DNA of 56,457 bases, taken from assembly GCA_013265495.1 (NCBI GenBank), contig MU058449.1, forward strand, positions 792,176 through 848,632, in the 5' to 3' direction. This DNA comes from Vicugna vicugna (lineage: Eukaryota). Both the position numbers and the translations under genes were made by a program. Shown piece by piece: positions 1-12,627 of this stretch. The notes under the pieces were generated by a model. The model did no database searches. It saw nothing but the letters and a program-made list of their open reading frames with translations, and was not told the origin of the DNA. Positions within the stretch are counted from its first letter, which is position 1, and each line of letters opens with the position of its first letter.

Positions 1-845
1 TGAAAAAAATAAGAAAAAGTTAAGTACATCATGAATGCATAAATTATATGTAGATACTAGCCTATCCTTACATAGGCATAAAGTGATTTATATTTAATAT
101 AAAATTAAAAATGTGTTAGTTTTCTTACTATTTTATCTTTGCTTCCAAAGAACTACATTACCATACAGTATGTCTCTCTTTCTCTCATAATTGAAAAAAC
201 TGCGTAACAGCCTATGATCACAGGTAAGTGGTTCTTTTAAAAATGTAACAATGTCTCCAATACTGTATTATTAATATGACTGTAATTCTATATGCCATAA
301 AATTTTATAATGATTCATTCATTAATGTATAGGCTAGGTTATGGTGAAGCAATCATATCGATTACACTGTGACCATAGAGTAATCGTATTGCTGATCATT
401 ATCAATGTATAAATTGTATACCTATAAGTAAGTATGAATTTCTTTTCATATTATCTATTTTTTACATCTAAGGCTAATAATACATATAACACCTACAGTG
501 TTTCATGTCATATAAGACAATATTGATGTAGGTACTGACAGGCAGATGATACATCTTGTAAATAGAATACATAACTTATAATATCGATAAATACAGTACA
601 GTACTGTAAATATATTTTCTATTCCTTATAACTGTCTTAATAACATTTTCTTTTCTCTACTATAAGAATACAGTGTCTAAAACATACAAAATATGTGTTA
701 ATAGACTGTTTATGTTACTGTTAAAGCTTGGGGTCAACTGTAGGTTACTAATAATTAAGGTTTTGGAGGAGTCAAAAGTTATACGGAGAGTTTTGACTGT
801 GCAGAGGTTGGTGTCCCTAACCCCACAATGTTCAAGGGCCAACTG
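1..845. mobile_element. Tigger2-family (TcMar) DNA transposon fragment, truncated by the window start
   Basis: Ends in TGTTCAAGGGCCAACTG followed by TA (846-847), matching the Tigger2/MER28/MER8-type terminal inverted repeat and TA target site; AT-rich body. Confidence 0.75.
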
Positions 846-1789
846 TATAACCAATTTGATTTTGAGTTCCTTAGGAGCAGAGCTCTGTGGCCCATAGTTG
901 TAATCCCAGCACCCAGCACAAAATGCAAAAAGCTAATGCTCAGTAAATGTTAAAGAGGCTTGTTTCAATTAATCCGTTTACTATTTCTTTAGGGCAGCCA
1001 TTTCTCCAGAGCCAGGTGAGGCACAGGGTACAGCTCAGCCCTCACCTACCTCTTTCCTTTTTTCTTTGCTCCTGGCCCCATCTGTTTCAGAAATTTTCTG
1101 GACCTCACCCTTCAGAATTTTAGCCATGGCCTGGGCCCTGACATTGGCATGAGGATCCAAAAAATATCAGTCCCCACAGGGAAATCATTCGGAACTGGGC
1201 TTCAGTTGGAGGACTTCCTGGTTGTTTTCCATACAGGCAGGATGTGCCTTTATTTGCTTATTCAGTGTTTAGTAAACACCTAAGTACCAGAAAAAGGACA
1301 TGGTGCAGGCACTACAAAGAAAAACCCAAATCACTGCCTTTTGCAGTTTGTGTGTGTGTACATGTCTCTGTGCATTTGGGCGAGGGATGAGTACCCCTTG
1401 TTTTGGGGGGGGGTTTGGCGGGGGGGGTTGTTTTGCTTTTCAGTTTCTATAGCAGTTTCTGACCAGGAATTCCACTTCTGCTTCGTCAGTTCCCAGTATC
1501 TGCTTCTAACTCTAAAGGGGGTTGTAGCAATAGTGATGAGAAGTTGCCTGCTGAAGCTTTGAAGGATAGGAGCTAGCCAGGAAAACTCGGGGTTTTTTAA
1601 TGAGAAACCACTATCTGCAGCCTGGAACCAGGAGAGGTCGCTCATCTTGCAGGTAACTGCAGAGTCCACTGAATTTGAGTCCCCAGCCCTTCGCTAATTT
1701 GGGTCACAGAACCAGACATGGCTGATCTCACACGCTTCTGAGTTTAATGTGGAAAACTGTCAAATGAGCAGCATTACGTCCGGCTTTAC

Positions 1790-2500
1790 CACCCGGAAGG
1801 GAAAGGTTCGCCCACAAGACCACTAGTCATCCAGAGCGGAAGTGTGAGAAGCAAGGAGTTCCCCGGGCCTAGAGCCAGCTGGGCCTCTGCTAATGCAGGG
1901 CCTGAGCGGCCTCACCCAGGAGCCTCAATCCTTCGACCCGTCCTCAACTGACTCCTGTGCCCTTTTACAGTTTAAAGAACTCTGAGTGCGGTAAGGGTCC
2001 AGAAAAACCGAACAGAGAAAACGAGCCGCCCAGCCTAGAGGCGCGCGGAGCCCGGTCCCCCGCTCCGATTGGCTAGGGACTTCCCCTTCCCTGTCTGTGA
2101 TTGGCTGCTCCCACAAAGACGCCGCCGGCAGGGCGGGCCGCTCATTGGTTCTGGCCCTGTGGGCGGGGCCTCGGAGCCTGCGGATGAGGTGGAGGAGCGG
2201 CCGGCGGCTGGGGTCTTCGTCTCCTGGCCGGCGGTAAGTGCCGCGCTGGCTGGGCCCGCCGCTTCGGACGCTGCGGACACTCGGCCGTGGGAACCGGGCG
2301 TCTCCATTTTCAGTTTCCGCTGCGGGGCGCTAGTGCCGGCTGAGGAGGGAGGTGGGTATACAGTTGTGCCTCTTCGGAATTCAGAAGTCCTGCTGGCGGC
2401 CAAGCTTATTACTCAGCCCTCACCCGCGCGCTGCCCTCAGGCCCTGCCGGGCGTCATGTGACCGGAGGTTACCACCCCCTCAGCTCCCGAACGCCGGAGG
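1790..2500 (+). promoter_or_regulatory. TRIM68: CpG-island promoter of TRIM68
   Basis: CpG-dense and GC-rich. Three inverted CCAAT boxes (ATTGG at 2068, 2100, 2144), GC boxes (GGGCGGG 2131, GGGCGGGG 2161), ETS site CGGAAGTG 1837-1844, kB-consensus GGGACTTCCC 2076-2085. Confidence 0.85.
2175..2233 (+). other. TRIM68: Probable non-coding exon 1 of TRIM68 (5' boundary approximate)
   Basis: Strong donor GCG|GTAAGT at 2233/2234 just downstream of the CCAAT/GC boxes; next acceptor (TCTCAG|C at 5114/5115) lies upstream of the ATG. Confidence 0.65.
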
Positions 2501-3689
2501 TCACCACCTTCCCTCTTCCCACTCAGGCCACTCCTCTGGCGTCTCTTCCAGGCTCTGTCCTTTACTCCGCAACTGTCTTTCCTAGAAGGCTCTCCACTCT
2601 GCCAAATGCAGGGCAGGAGCGATTAAACGTTTAATATTTAAAGTTTTGCCAAAGTAATTTGTGTATGATAAAAATAAGGCAATTGCTACCCGACCCTAAA
2701 TCCTTTTTTGCAGGGGCTACCGCTTTTCATTTTCTCATGTTTAGAGCTTTTTATGGCCCTACTAAATCTAAATAATATGCTTCCATCGCAAGTTTTATTT
2801 TTTGAGGAGGGAGGAGAGAAAGGTTTATTGCAGGGACGGGTGGCTCATGCCCAAGGAAACCCCAAACTCTTCCATAGCATTTCTTGACTCAACATTTTTG
2901 TATTTCTTTACCCCGCTTCCCTACTGCCACCATCTTTCCATTTTCAATAGCAGTTTTCATTCTTTTGTTGATCTTTATAGCTTTACACCATAGATACCAG
3001 CTTCTATTGTGTCAGCTTCAGTTGGTAGCTCCGTATTAGACAGGGGTATTGCTATTTTTTCCACATCCAACCTGTCAGCTGGACTTCAACATTTCCGTTT
3101 AACTCTCATGTCTTCAAAAATATTTGAGGCACTGTTTTTGCCCTTAGATATGGTAGTGAACAAAGTAGACGATGCCACTCATGAAACTTGTACTCTGAAA
3201 AGTAGGGCAATAAACATATACATGTCAAATGACTTTAAGAGCAGGAAGGTGGAGAAGTCATTTCAAACTGGGAGAACAGCAGGAATCCACGTGGGGTGGA
3301 ATGAGTGGACATGGGGGCTGCAGGGAAGTGTGGAAGTGTCTCTGTTTGCTTGACTGGGCTGTTTCAGGGTGAAGAGAGACCTTCCTACTGGACTGCGTGC
3401 CAGGGAAGCAGGATAGGCTCTTCAGTAGGTTAGTGATTTAGCAAAACAAGGTTTTAGGGTACTGGATCCTACAGTTTGGTAGTGACAGTGGAAGGAGGAA
3501 AAACAGGAGGCAGGGAGGCCAGTGAGGAGGCAGGGCCTGCTAATGGCCTATAACGGAGAGTCCTGCAAAATCTACTGAACCGTCCCACTTCCTTCAGGCA
3601 GCCTTTACTGGATTACCCTAAGCCACAATGATTTCCCTCCCCTCTTGAATTGTTATTATACCTTAAAGCTAGGGAGGTTAAGAAATGAA

Positions 3690-3988
3690 CTCACGAACAT
3701 GTAGGATGGGGAGACTGATTACCAAAGTGGAAAGTATTGAGGAGGGATAAATTGGGTGTTTGGGACTGACTGATACATACTGCTATTATAAAATAGATAA
3801 ACAAGGACCTACTATATAGCACAGGGAGCTATATTCAATTTCTTGTAATAGGCTATAATGGAAAAGAATCTGAAAAAATACATATTATGTATATGTATAA
3901 CTGGATCGCTTTGCTGTACACCTGAAAATAACATTGTAAATCAACTGTACACTTCAATAGAAAATAAAATTTAAAAAGAAAAAGAAAG
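3690..3988 (+). mobile_element. LINE-1 3' UTR fragment with A-rich tail (TRIM68 intron 1)
   Basis: Typical L1 3' end (…TATAAAATAGATAAACAAGGACCTACTATATAGCACAGGGAGCTATATTCAA…TAAATCAACTGTACACTTCAATAGAAAATAAAA). Confidence 0.8.
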
Positions 3989-5171
3989 CTAAAGAGGTGA
4001 AGTACTTTGCCCGAGATAGAATTGTGGAGCCCAGGACCAAGCACCTGTAAAATGAGAACAATAGAATCATGGTTTCTGTAAAATAAATTGAGTCAGTCCA
4101 TGTAAAATGCTCAGAGCAGTGCCTGACTTATAGTCTACTCAAGGAGTGCTTGGTATTATTATTAATGCATAATATGCTGTCAATTCCCTAACACGTTATA
4201 AAAACATTTTGGATTTAGAAACTATTTTCTCTGTCTAGCTGATTTATTCATTCAGCAAATATGTATGCAGCAATAACTGCATGACAGCAACCATTTAGGT
4301 GCTGAGGATACAACAGTGATTAAGACCGTCTTGGCTTTTCCCTTTACTGACTGGTAACAGACTTACAAGGTGAACACATAAAAACTGTGCCAAGAGCCTG
4401 CCATTGATCATTCAAGTTCTGTGTCCACGCTTGTGGCCCTGGCAGAAATCTCAAGCTTCTTGCGGTAGTGCATTCATAAATATGGGTTTAATTAACATCA
4501 GATGACCTTTGTTTTATCTTCCAAGTGATGTTTGTTCATGTCTACTACTAACATATCACTGAGGAGAGTGTCTTGGCATCTTAGTGAGTATCACTGCAGA
4601 GGTTTACGGGGGTGGAGAAGGTATTGCTGGTTCCCTTATACCTTACACTGAAATGTGCAACACAAGAAAGCAAATTGAACATAGAGGCAGTGGGCTTCCA
4701 GCATATTACCTTTTCTGCACCTTGAAGTATGTAAATAGACATAGAAACATCCTAGAGAGTGAGGCTGGGGCTATTTCTGGCCTTATTTTGGATACTGAAA
4801 TAGCACATGGGTAAGTTCTCTTAAACAGACCAGTGCTGGTTTGGCGAGCATGTGGAGGTAGAGTAAGAATGATCTGGTGAACAAACCCAGAGGAGAGTCA
4901 GAGGTGAATGAAAATTGAGAACTCGCAGCATCCCAACACTCAGACATCCCAAGATGTCCCTTCTGTGGTGTGAGTAAGATGACCCAGTCAGAACTTCAGT
5001 TGGGAAGGCCAGTGCTTATTATTAAACAAGGTCAATAAAGGGTCCAAATGAGGAAGTTATTTTTTTTCAGTCACTAAGTATTCCTTGAATAGCTCCCTTT
5101 TCTCCTCTTCTCAGCGTTCACTGCCTCCACCTGGTTTTATTCACATTCTGAGGAGAGTGTGGTGGGGAGCC

Positions 5172-5597
5172 ATGGATCCCGCAGCACTGGTGGAAGCCGT
5201 TGTGGAAGAAGTGGCCTGTCCCATCTGCATGACCTTCCTGAAGGAGCCCGTGAGCATTGACTGTGGCCACAGCTTCTGCCACGGCTGTCTCTCTGGGCTC
5301 TGGGAGGTCCCAGGAGAATCCCAGAACTGGGGTTACTCGTGTCCCCTCTGCCGGGCTCCCGTCCAGCCAAGGAACCTGCGGCCTAATTGGCAGCTGGCCA
5401 ATGTTGTAGAAAAAGTCCGTCGGCTAGGGCTGCATCCAGGGATGGGGCTGAAGGGCGACGTGTGTGAACCCCATGGGGAGCACCTGAAGATGTTCTGCAA
5501 AGAAGATGGCCTGATCCTGTGCGAGGCCTGCAGCCGGTCCCCTGAGCATGAGGCCCACAGTGTTGTGCCCATGGAAGATGTCGCCTGGGATTACAAG
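5172..5597 (+). CDS. TRIM68: TRIM68 coding exon 1 (RING + B-box2)
   Basis: GCCATGG Kozak at 5172; MDPAALVEAVVEEVACPIC…CGHSFC..C…CPLC C3HC4 RING; B-box CEPHGEHLKMFCKED…CEAC…HEAH; 426 bp ending AAG|GTGGGA. Confidence 0.97.
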
Positions 5598-6514
5598 GTG
5601 GGAAATGGAGGCCAGCCCCGCTGGACTCTCCCCTGCCCCTCACTTGGCTATGTCTAGATCAAGAATTTGACTGGAGCCCCAGAGACAAAATGAGAACTAA
5701 TTCCCTTGGCTTCTCACATCCCCAGCTCTGGGGGCCTGCCTGATAACAGTGAGCCACACCTCTCCTTGCATGAATGACCTCCTTTGACTTCCTTCCCTCC
5801 CATTTCCACACCTCATCCCCAGTCCCAGCATGCCTTAATGCCTAACCCAAACTTGCTTTCTGTACTGAGAATTTGTGGGAGAGCAGTTTGGTTTAGCTGG
5901 CGTTCTGGGTGCCCTGGATGAGGTCATCAAAGTGGTGCATGTCAGAACCTGCAGACTCCTAGCAGTGCCACAGCTAATCACTCAACAGGTGAGTCATTTT
6001 AAACTCACTTTATAGACAAAAGTAGGGCTTAGGAATGTGAGATCACAATTATTGATTTTAGAGCTAGAAGGAACCATGGCTGAGTCGTTTAGGATTGAGT
6101 GATAGTGTCCAATCTAACGTTGTAGGGTCCCTTCTGACTTTAGGTTAAGTTAGTCAAAGGAAGATCAAAGGCTGGGACCCGGGTCTTCCTGCTCTTTGGC
6201 AGGTGTTCTTTCTCCTCTCCCTAGCTTTTATTTATTGGAAGAGGTGGTGAGGAGCCATCTCTGACACCTGCTGCTCCTTTTTTCGAGGTACCCTCAGCAA
6301 CTTCTAACTTATTCTTTCCTCCAGTGTCCATCCTGAGTGTCTATCTGAATCATTATCCCAATAATTCTGTGATCCATTGATCCAGTACTGGTCTTAATTT
6401 TCTCTCTTGAAGTTGAGATTAGGAGAAAATTAGCTGTTTTCCTATGTGAGAAGAATTTCTGAAATTCTAAAATTATTTACTTACTCATTTTATTTTGGGA
6501 GTATTAGAATATGG

Positions 6515-6650
6515 AGGCAGTACAGCATAGGCCTAAGAGTTAAAGAGCTGGGTTAAGTCACAGCCCGGCCATTTACTAGCTGAGTGACTTTGGATAGGTC
6601 AGTTTTCTTGATGAATCTTTGACAAAATGGTTATTGTTATGAGAATACTT
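6515..6650. mobile_element. MIR SINE fragment
   Basis: MIR-like core (…GCCATTTACTAGCTGAGTGACTTTGGATAGGTCAGTTTTCTT…); degenerate. Confidence 0.55.
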
Positions 6651-6687
6651 TGTGCTTTCCAGTAGTAATCTTCTGCGTTAGTATCTA

Positions 6688-6856
6688 GGATGATGCTTCT
6701 CACCTTTAATGTGCATATGAGCCACCTGAGGGTCTTGCCAAAATTCAGATTCTGATTCAGGAGGTCTGGGGTGAAGCCCGAGAGTCTGCTTTTCTAACAA
6801 GCCCCCAGGTGATGCTGATGCTGCTGACCCACGTGGATCACGCTTTGAATAACAAG
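6688..6856. mobile_element. MER5-type hAT-Charlie element
   Basis: …CAGATTCTGATTCAGGAGGTCTGGGGTGAAGCCCGAGAGTCTGCTTTTCTAACAAGCCCCCAGGTGATGCTGATGCTGCTG… matches the MER5A/B pattern. Confidence 0.75.
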
Positions 6857-7183
6857 GTTTTAGGAGGTCATAGGATAACAAGGCAGATAAGGATAAAAAG
6901 AGGCATGGATAGAAAGTCCAAGGTAGTTTTCTGGCAGGGTTGGAAACAGAGCTTTTCTTCTACTTTACAGTCAGTCAGAGGCTGTGGGAGTTGAACTGAT
7001 TCTCAGATGAAGAGACCTTGGATGTTATCTGGACAGGAATCCGCTCCCTCTGTGACATTCCCTTTTCTTCCATTGTTCATCCTGGCTCATTGCCTGAGGG
7101 ATTCTTGTTTTCCCATCACCTACCAATGCTTGGAAGCCTGGCTCTCCATCCAGGTGGCCTCATGAGGTTTTTATCTCTTTCAG

Positions 7184-7279
7184 TGGAAACTCCATGAGGC
7201 TCTGGAACATCTGAGGAAGGAGCAAGAAGAGGCCTGGAAGCTGGAAGTCGGTGAGAGGAAGCGGACTGCCAACTGGAAG
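7184..7279 (+). CDS. TRIM68: TRIM68 coding exon 2 (coiled coil, 96 bp)
   Basis: TTTCAG|TGG acceptor; WKLHEALEHLRKEQEEAWKLEVGERKRTANWK; canonical 96-bp TRIM exon; donor is AAG|GCAGGT (GC). Confidence 0.93.
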
Positions 7280-8070
7280 GCAGGTTGCCACCTGGGAGAA
7301 GGAGTCTCTGTTCTCCTGTGTTGTCCTGGAGGTGGCCCAGGATAGCTTCCTCACCTCTGAGAGGCAGTGTGGGGCCTGAGGGCAGAGAGCCTGGGGTCCT
7401 CGCGCCAGCTTTCTCTACCAGGTGTGCTGCCTTTCGCAGGCCTTGGAGCCACTTAGTTCAGCTTCTTGACCGTGACGTGGGGACAACTCTGGGCTTACGT
7501 CCTCATGCATGAGAAAGGAGAAGTGCACACCTCGTGAATGCTCTAGCTCACAGTGGTGTAACTAAAGTATTGGGAAAGTCGCCCGGGAGATAAACTCAAG
7601 GCCCATAACTATCAAACTGTCAGAACTTTTGACCAATCGAAGGTAACACTAAGCCAGTCTAAAACATGTTGAGCTGATATAATACTAGGAAGAAGCAAAA
7701 GCATCTAACAGTCTAGTTGTTAAACTGTTTTACAAGCTTAAAGTGTAACGCTTCTTGTCAGTGTTCTGAAAATAGAATATATTGTTTGAAAATGGAAGAT
7801 AGTCTAGAGCATAGAGTAAGTACCAAGCTAATATCCTGGGCCCTGCTGCGGTCAGTAAGAGCTAGTAGTAGGGACCCAGAAGCCTGTACTGGAGCTGTGG
7901 GAGCAGGAAGGTAGGGAAATAGTATCTTTTGTGTTTGCCTGTGCAGTACCTGGCCCACGGTGGGCAGCACAACATTCAGAGTGTGTGTATGTGCACGTGC
8001 CACTGTCCTCGCTCCTGGGGGGCCCTTGCACGAACAGTATCTGTGCCAATTTCTGATCTTGGTTCTGTAG

Positions 8071-8331
8071 GTACAGGTGGAAACCCGAAAGCAGAGTATC
8101 ATGTGGGAGTTTGAGAAATATCAGCGGCTACTAAAGAAAAAACAGCCACCAGGACGGCGGCTGGAGGTGGAGGCGGCTGCGGCTCTGGCCAGCCTAGAGC
8201 AGGAGGAAGGGGAGACCATGCAGAAACTGGAGTCGAATCACAATGCGCTCATCCGGCAGAGCCGGGTCCTGTGGAAAATGATCACGGAGCTGGAGGAGAG
8301 GTCCCAGAGGCCTGTCCGCTGGATGCTGCAG
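8071..8331 (+). CDS. TRIM68: TRIM68 coding exon 3 (coiled coil, 261 bp)
   Basis: CTGTAG|GTA acceptor; VQVETRKQSIMWEFEKYQRLL…RSQRPVRWMLQ; CAG|GTGAGG donor. Confidence 0.95.
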
Positions 8332-8770
8332 GTGAGGAGAGGTTTTCCCAGGAACACTGAGCCAGAGCTGAAGATGGCCCGGGACTCTAGAGAGAGGATC
8401 AGCACTTTGCCCGCCAGACATACCCCCATACCCACTGTAATGCTGGCTGCTCTGCTACCCCTGGTTGGGTGCGTGGCCTGGCCCATTGCAGTTGTGGCCT
8501 CGTGGATGGGGCAGTGTTTAGGCAGGTCTGGCATCATACCAGTCCCTCCCCTCTGGCCAGAGAGTGAGATGGAGCCTGAAGTCGGCCAGTCCAGCTGGAG
8601 CTCAGCCTGCCCTGCACCCCTCTCTAGGCTTCTCCCCCTCTACCTCTGCATGCCTTCTCTCCAGCCTGGCTCTGCCTGCCTTTCCCTTAGAGAATCCCCC
8701 TCCCAGAGCTCTGTGTCTCCCTCTGAGGAACAAGCATACTCATGTGCTGCATTTCTTTTTCTCTTTCTAG

Positions 8771-8793
8771 GGTATTCAGGAAGTCTTAACCAG
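8771..8793 (+). CDS. TRIM68: TRIM68 coding exon 4 (23-bp micro-exon)
   Basis: Polypyrimidine tract TTTCTAG|GGT ATT CAG GAA GTC TTA ACC AG|GTATGT; the 23-bp exon is typical of TRIM-SPRY genes and keeps frame. Confidence 0.92.
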
Positions 8794-9370
8794 GTATGTT
8801 CCCATCTTTGGAGCCCCTAGACAGCCCTCTAAGGGATAGTGGGGCCTGGCCAGAGCCAGAAGTGGGGAAGGAACATAGACTAAGTACCTATAGAAAAGTG
8901 AGTGCTGGTCCACAATATTCTCCCTCTTCCATTGTATTGGCTAAGGAAGCTTTGAACATCTTTCTCTTTTCTTCTGTGTACTTGGCCAGATTCATTTCAG
9001 GCATTACCAATAAGAATTTCAGGTAAAGTTATAAAATGTATGGCTTCAAGTAGATGGCCCAAGAAGGGAAAAGACTGCGGATGTAGCTTCTAAGTCTGTG
9101 TATCAGGTGTTCTCCTCCGTGGCACACCTCTTCCTCTCCCAGAGTCAAATTCACATCCCATCCTCCCCGCGGCCTAGGGATGTGAATGTTCTCTGTGTCA
9201 CAAATCATCCGGCTCAGTCAAATAATCCTCATGTCTCTGCTTTGCCTGGTGTTGCTGGGGAGGGCACCTCACTGACTGTGGCCCTGGCCAAAACCCTCTT
9301 CCCTGTGCTAAGGGAAGGCCCATGTGCAGAGCCAGGACTTATGGCCCCAAGGCCTCCCCCTCTCTATCAG

Positions 9371-9471
9371 GAGCAAGTCTTGGAGCCTGCAGCGACCAGA
9401 GCCGGTCTCACTGGAGCTGAAGACGGACTGCCGCGTGCTGGGGCTAAGAGAGATCCTGAAGACATATGCAG
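9371..9471 (+). CDS. TRIM68: TRIM68 coding exon 5 (101 bp)
   Basis: ATCAG|G acceptor; SKSWSLQRPEPVSLELKTDCRVLGLREILKTYA; G|GTAAAG donor. Confidence 0.94.
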
Positions 9472-9625
9472 GTAAAGAGTGCTGGGCGGGACTGTGATGA
9501 GCAGTGGGGGGACCCCTCCTGAAGGACCGAAATGGTTCCATACCTCTGAGTGCCCTGCCCAGCAGAGACCTCGCCCAGGCCCCCTGGTTCTGGGTCAGGG
9601 GACCAACCACAGTCTTTTTCCTTAG

Positions 9626-10176
9626 CGGACGTGCGCCTGGATCCAGACACTGCCTATTCTCGCCTCATCGTGTCTGAGGACCGAAAATGCGTGCGCTACG
9701 GAGACACCAAGCAGAAACTGCCCGACAATCCTGAGAGGTTTTACCGCTACAATATCGTCCTGGGCAGTCAGTGCATCTCCTCGGGCCGACACTACTGGGA
9801 GGTGGAGGTGGGAGACAGGTCCGAATGGGGCCTGGGCGTGTGTAAAGAAAATGTAGACCGGAAGGAAGTGGTCTATCTGTCCCCCCACTATGGCTTCTGG
9901 GTGATTAGGCTGAGGAAGGGCACTGAGTACCGGGCAGGCACCGATGAGTACCCGCTCCTGTCCCTGCCCGTCCCCCCCCGCCGGGTGGGAGTCTTCCTGG
10001 ACTATGAGGCCCACGACATCTCCTTCTACAATGTGACTGACAACGGCTCTCACATTTTCACCTTCCCCCACTATCCCTTCCCTGGGCGCCTCCTGCCCTA
10101 TTTCAGTCCTTGCTATAGCATCGGAGCCAACAACACCGCTCCTCTGGCCATCTGCTCCCTGGACGGGGAGGACTAA
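9626..10176 (+). CDS. TRIM68: TRIM68 last coding exon (PRY-SPRY/B30.2)
   Basis: CTTAG|CG acceptor; DVRLDPDTAY…SGRHYWEVEV…RVGVFLDYE…PYFSP…GED*. Exons sum to 426+96+261+23+101+551=1458 nt = 485 aa plus stop. Confidence 0.97.
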
Positions 10177-11858
10177 GAGCCCCCTATCCTAGCCAGGGGC
10201 CTTGGAATTGTGCCTGGCCCACAGGGGGCTTGGAGGGCCCTGCCCCTGACAAGGGTCCTCTTGAGCTGACCCGAGTCTGGAATCCAGGGATTCCTCTGCC
10301 TGACCCAGTGGTCTGCTGCTCCTGGGGCAAAGTCTCCCACCAAACCACTTGTGTGAAAAAGCCAAGACTCAGCAAAACAGCATCGCACCCCTGAGGTGCT
10401 TATGGTGAGGATCAGGGCGGTTCTTTATGCCGCTCCTGCCCCTCCTCCCCATCCCCGTCAATGCCATAATTCAGTCATGAGGACGATGAAGTGGATCCAG
10501 TCTTCAGGAAACCTGTTGGATAGGGTTTACCAACGAGCCAAACACATAATGTCCGTATCCAGAGCTGGCTGCTATGCGGGTACCAGCAGGAGGATGCCTC
10601 AGTGAGGTCCACTGCCTCTGAGCCCCCACATCTGACCCCAGCTTTCTGTCCTCCCAGCTAGAGAACAGCGTCACCCATTGCCCAGACCACCCCAGTGGCC
10701 ATCCCCTCTCTGAGCAGTGGCTGGGCAAGTCACCCTCAGACTCTAAGGAGACCTGACCTGGTCATGCCCTTTTCTCTAAATGTCAGGACCAGAAAACCTG
10801 TGAGCCTTGTTTCCATTTTCACTTCATGGATGGAGAAACTGAATAGCCTTAGTGCAGCCTGATACGTCTCACAAAGCCGTGGGAAGAAGAGTGTAAGGAT
10901 TATACACATTCAAATGAAGCAAAATTGACAAACTCTCTTCTCAGGTCACATGTCTGCGTATTATTCATTACATTCAGGTCTGGATCACTCCTGCGTTTGA
11001 AATATTTAAAGTGTCCTCAATGGGAGAATGGGTATAGTAACTGTATACTCGCCTACCTCATGGGATCGTGGTGAAGATCTCAGGTCCATGCCGTGCTTTT
11101 GTTCCTTGCTCAGGGACGGGGAAGGCAGGCCAGGGATTTTTGCCTAGGTGACCTTCCCATCTTGCCTTGTTCTAGCATCTTTGCAGCACTGCCTTAGTTT
11201 CTTAGGGCCTCTCCTGGCAGTCTGGAGCCTTTGAGACAGAGATGCCCATGCCCTGGCAAACTCCAGGCCACAGTGATGTATTGTGCATCTATTATATGTG
11301 TTTTGTCTTTGAGCAGCGACTGTGACAATGAAAATGATAACAAGAAAAGTGTAAAACAAACACACGGAAAGAAAGGCTCACCCACGAGCTCTTTGGGCTA
11401 ACGTTTGGGTCTTTGTATGTCACCAAGGGAATCCTCCTGGTTCTGGTAACTACATAATATTCTACCTTTCTCTTCTCTAAATCTGTGACAGAAGGAGGAA
11501 AGCAGCAGGGAAGAGTAGGGAGAAAGAATAGGACCCAGCACAAAAAGCCATATAGTATAAGGAAAAGGAATTAAGACTATATCTGCACCCTTTAGAGTGA
11601 CTGTTGTGTGTGGTAGAAATAATTCATTGCAAGTCTTAAGAGCATGATGTGGGAATGATTGCGTTGGAAACAAACTGCAAGGCAAGCATATGAGAAGTAC
11701 TGGTTTTGCCTATTGTGAGGGGTTACAATGTACACTTCACATATTGTCACCGTGATTCCCCGATGTAGTTTCAGCTTGAAGGTAGTGACTGGTGAGTTAG
11801 GATTGGGCGGCAAAGTAGATACTAGGTTAGATACAGGCAGAAGGGAAATAATTCCTGT

Positions 11859-11950
11859 AATAAAGAATAGCAAAAGTTGTCTTTCTACCTTAATTGTGTT
11901 GGTTGTTCACAAATGAAGGAGGTGAAAACAGGCCAAAATGGAGAAATAAA
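11859..11950 (+). terminator. TRIM68: Candidate TRIM68 polyadenylation signals
   Basis: AATAAA at 11859-11864 (followed by a U/GU-rich stretch) and 11945-11950; implies a ~1.7-kb 3' UTR. Confidence 0.5.
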
Positions 11951-12588
11951 CTCCTGCCCACCAGGCTTCCAAGTTGCTCTTTGAGCATTAGCGGTAGAAG
12001 AGGAATGAACTGGTAAGTCACAGACCTGGTGTTGGCAAAGGGTTGAGCTGACCTACATTAGAGGGACCGTATGTCTTTGTGTGGTGGGAACTCCCTGGGG
12101 AAGTGTGTATAGACTTGAGAAATTAGGGCATGCTTCCAGTTGTATCCATGGACACTTACCAGAGGGGCTAGGGGCCGAATCAGTGTTGTTCTTGTACTTC
12201 GGTTATTTATTAGGACAAATCTTGGAAGATTCCTAGAAAAAGGATTATTAGGTGATAAATTCATTCTAACCTAGAATGAATTAAGGAATGGAATGGCTTC
12301 ATTTGTAATATGCTCTTTGGGTTGCTTTCTTGTTTGTTTGTTTTATTTTGTTTTTACGTTTATAAGCTGATTTGGGTGCTATGATTACTTGTTAGAAGAA
12401 TTAAAAGGTTAAACACATTATATGTTATCATAATGCCTGATCTTTAAGACCAGGCAAGAAGAGCTTAAGGTCTTAAGTGTATGAAAAATCCCTTTCTCTG
12501 AGGGGGTTGCTTAGAATTCCCTTCTAAGGACTCCGTGAAAGCAAGGGCCTCATTTGTCTGGTTCACCGTTGTAGCCCCAGTCTAGCAT

Positions 12589-12590
<2 letters not shown>

Positions 12591-12624
<34 letters not shown>
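12591..12624. repeat. (TG)17 microsatellite
   Basis: Direct reading. Confidence 0.95.

Positions 12625-12627
<3 letters not shown>

Noticed and set aside
2035..2585. Overlapping 77-130 aa ORFs on both strands
   Set aside because: Stop-poor CpG-island sequence with mostly non-ATG starts and no domain signature
8332..8820. 247-aa ORF 8077-8820 as one long exon
   Set aside because: Homology ends at the CAG|GTGAGG donor (8331); the rest is intron read-through. The same applies to the extensions of ORFs 5085-5657 and 9550-10176
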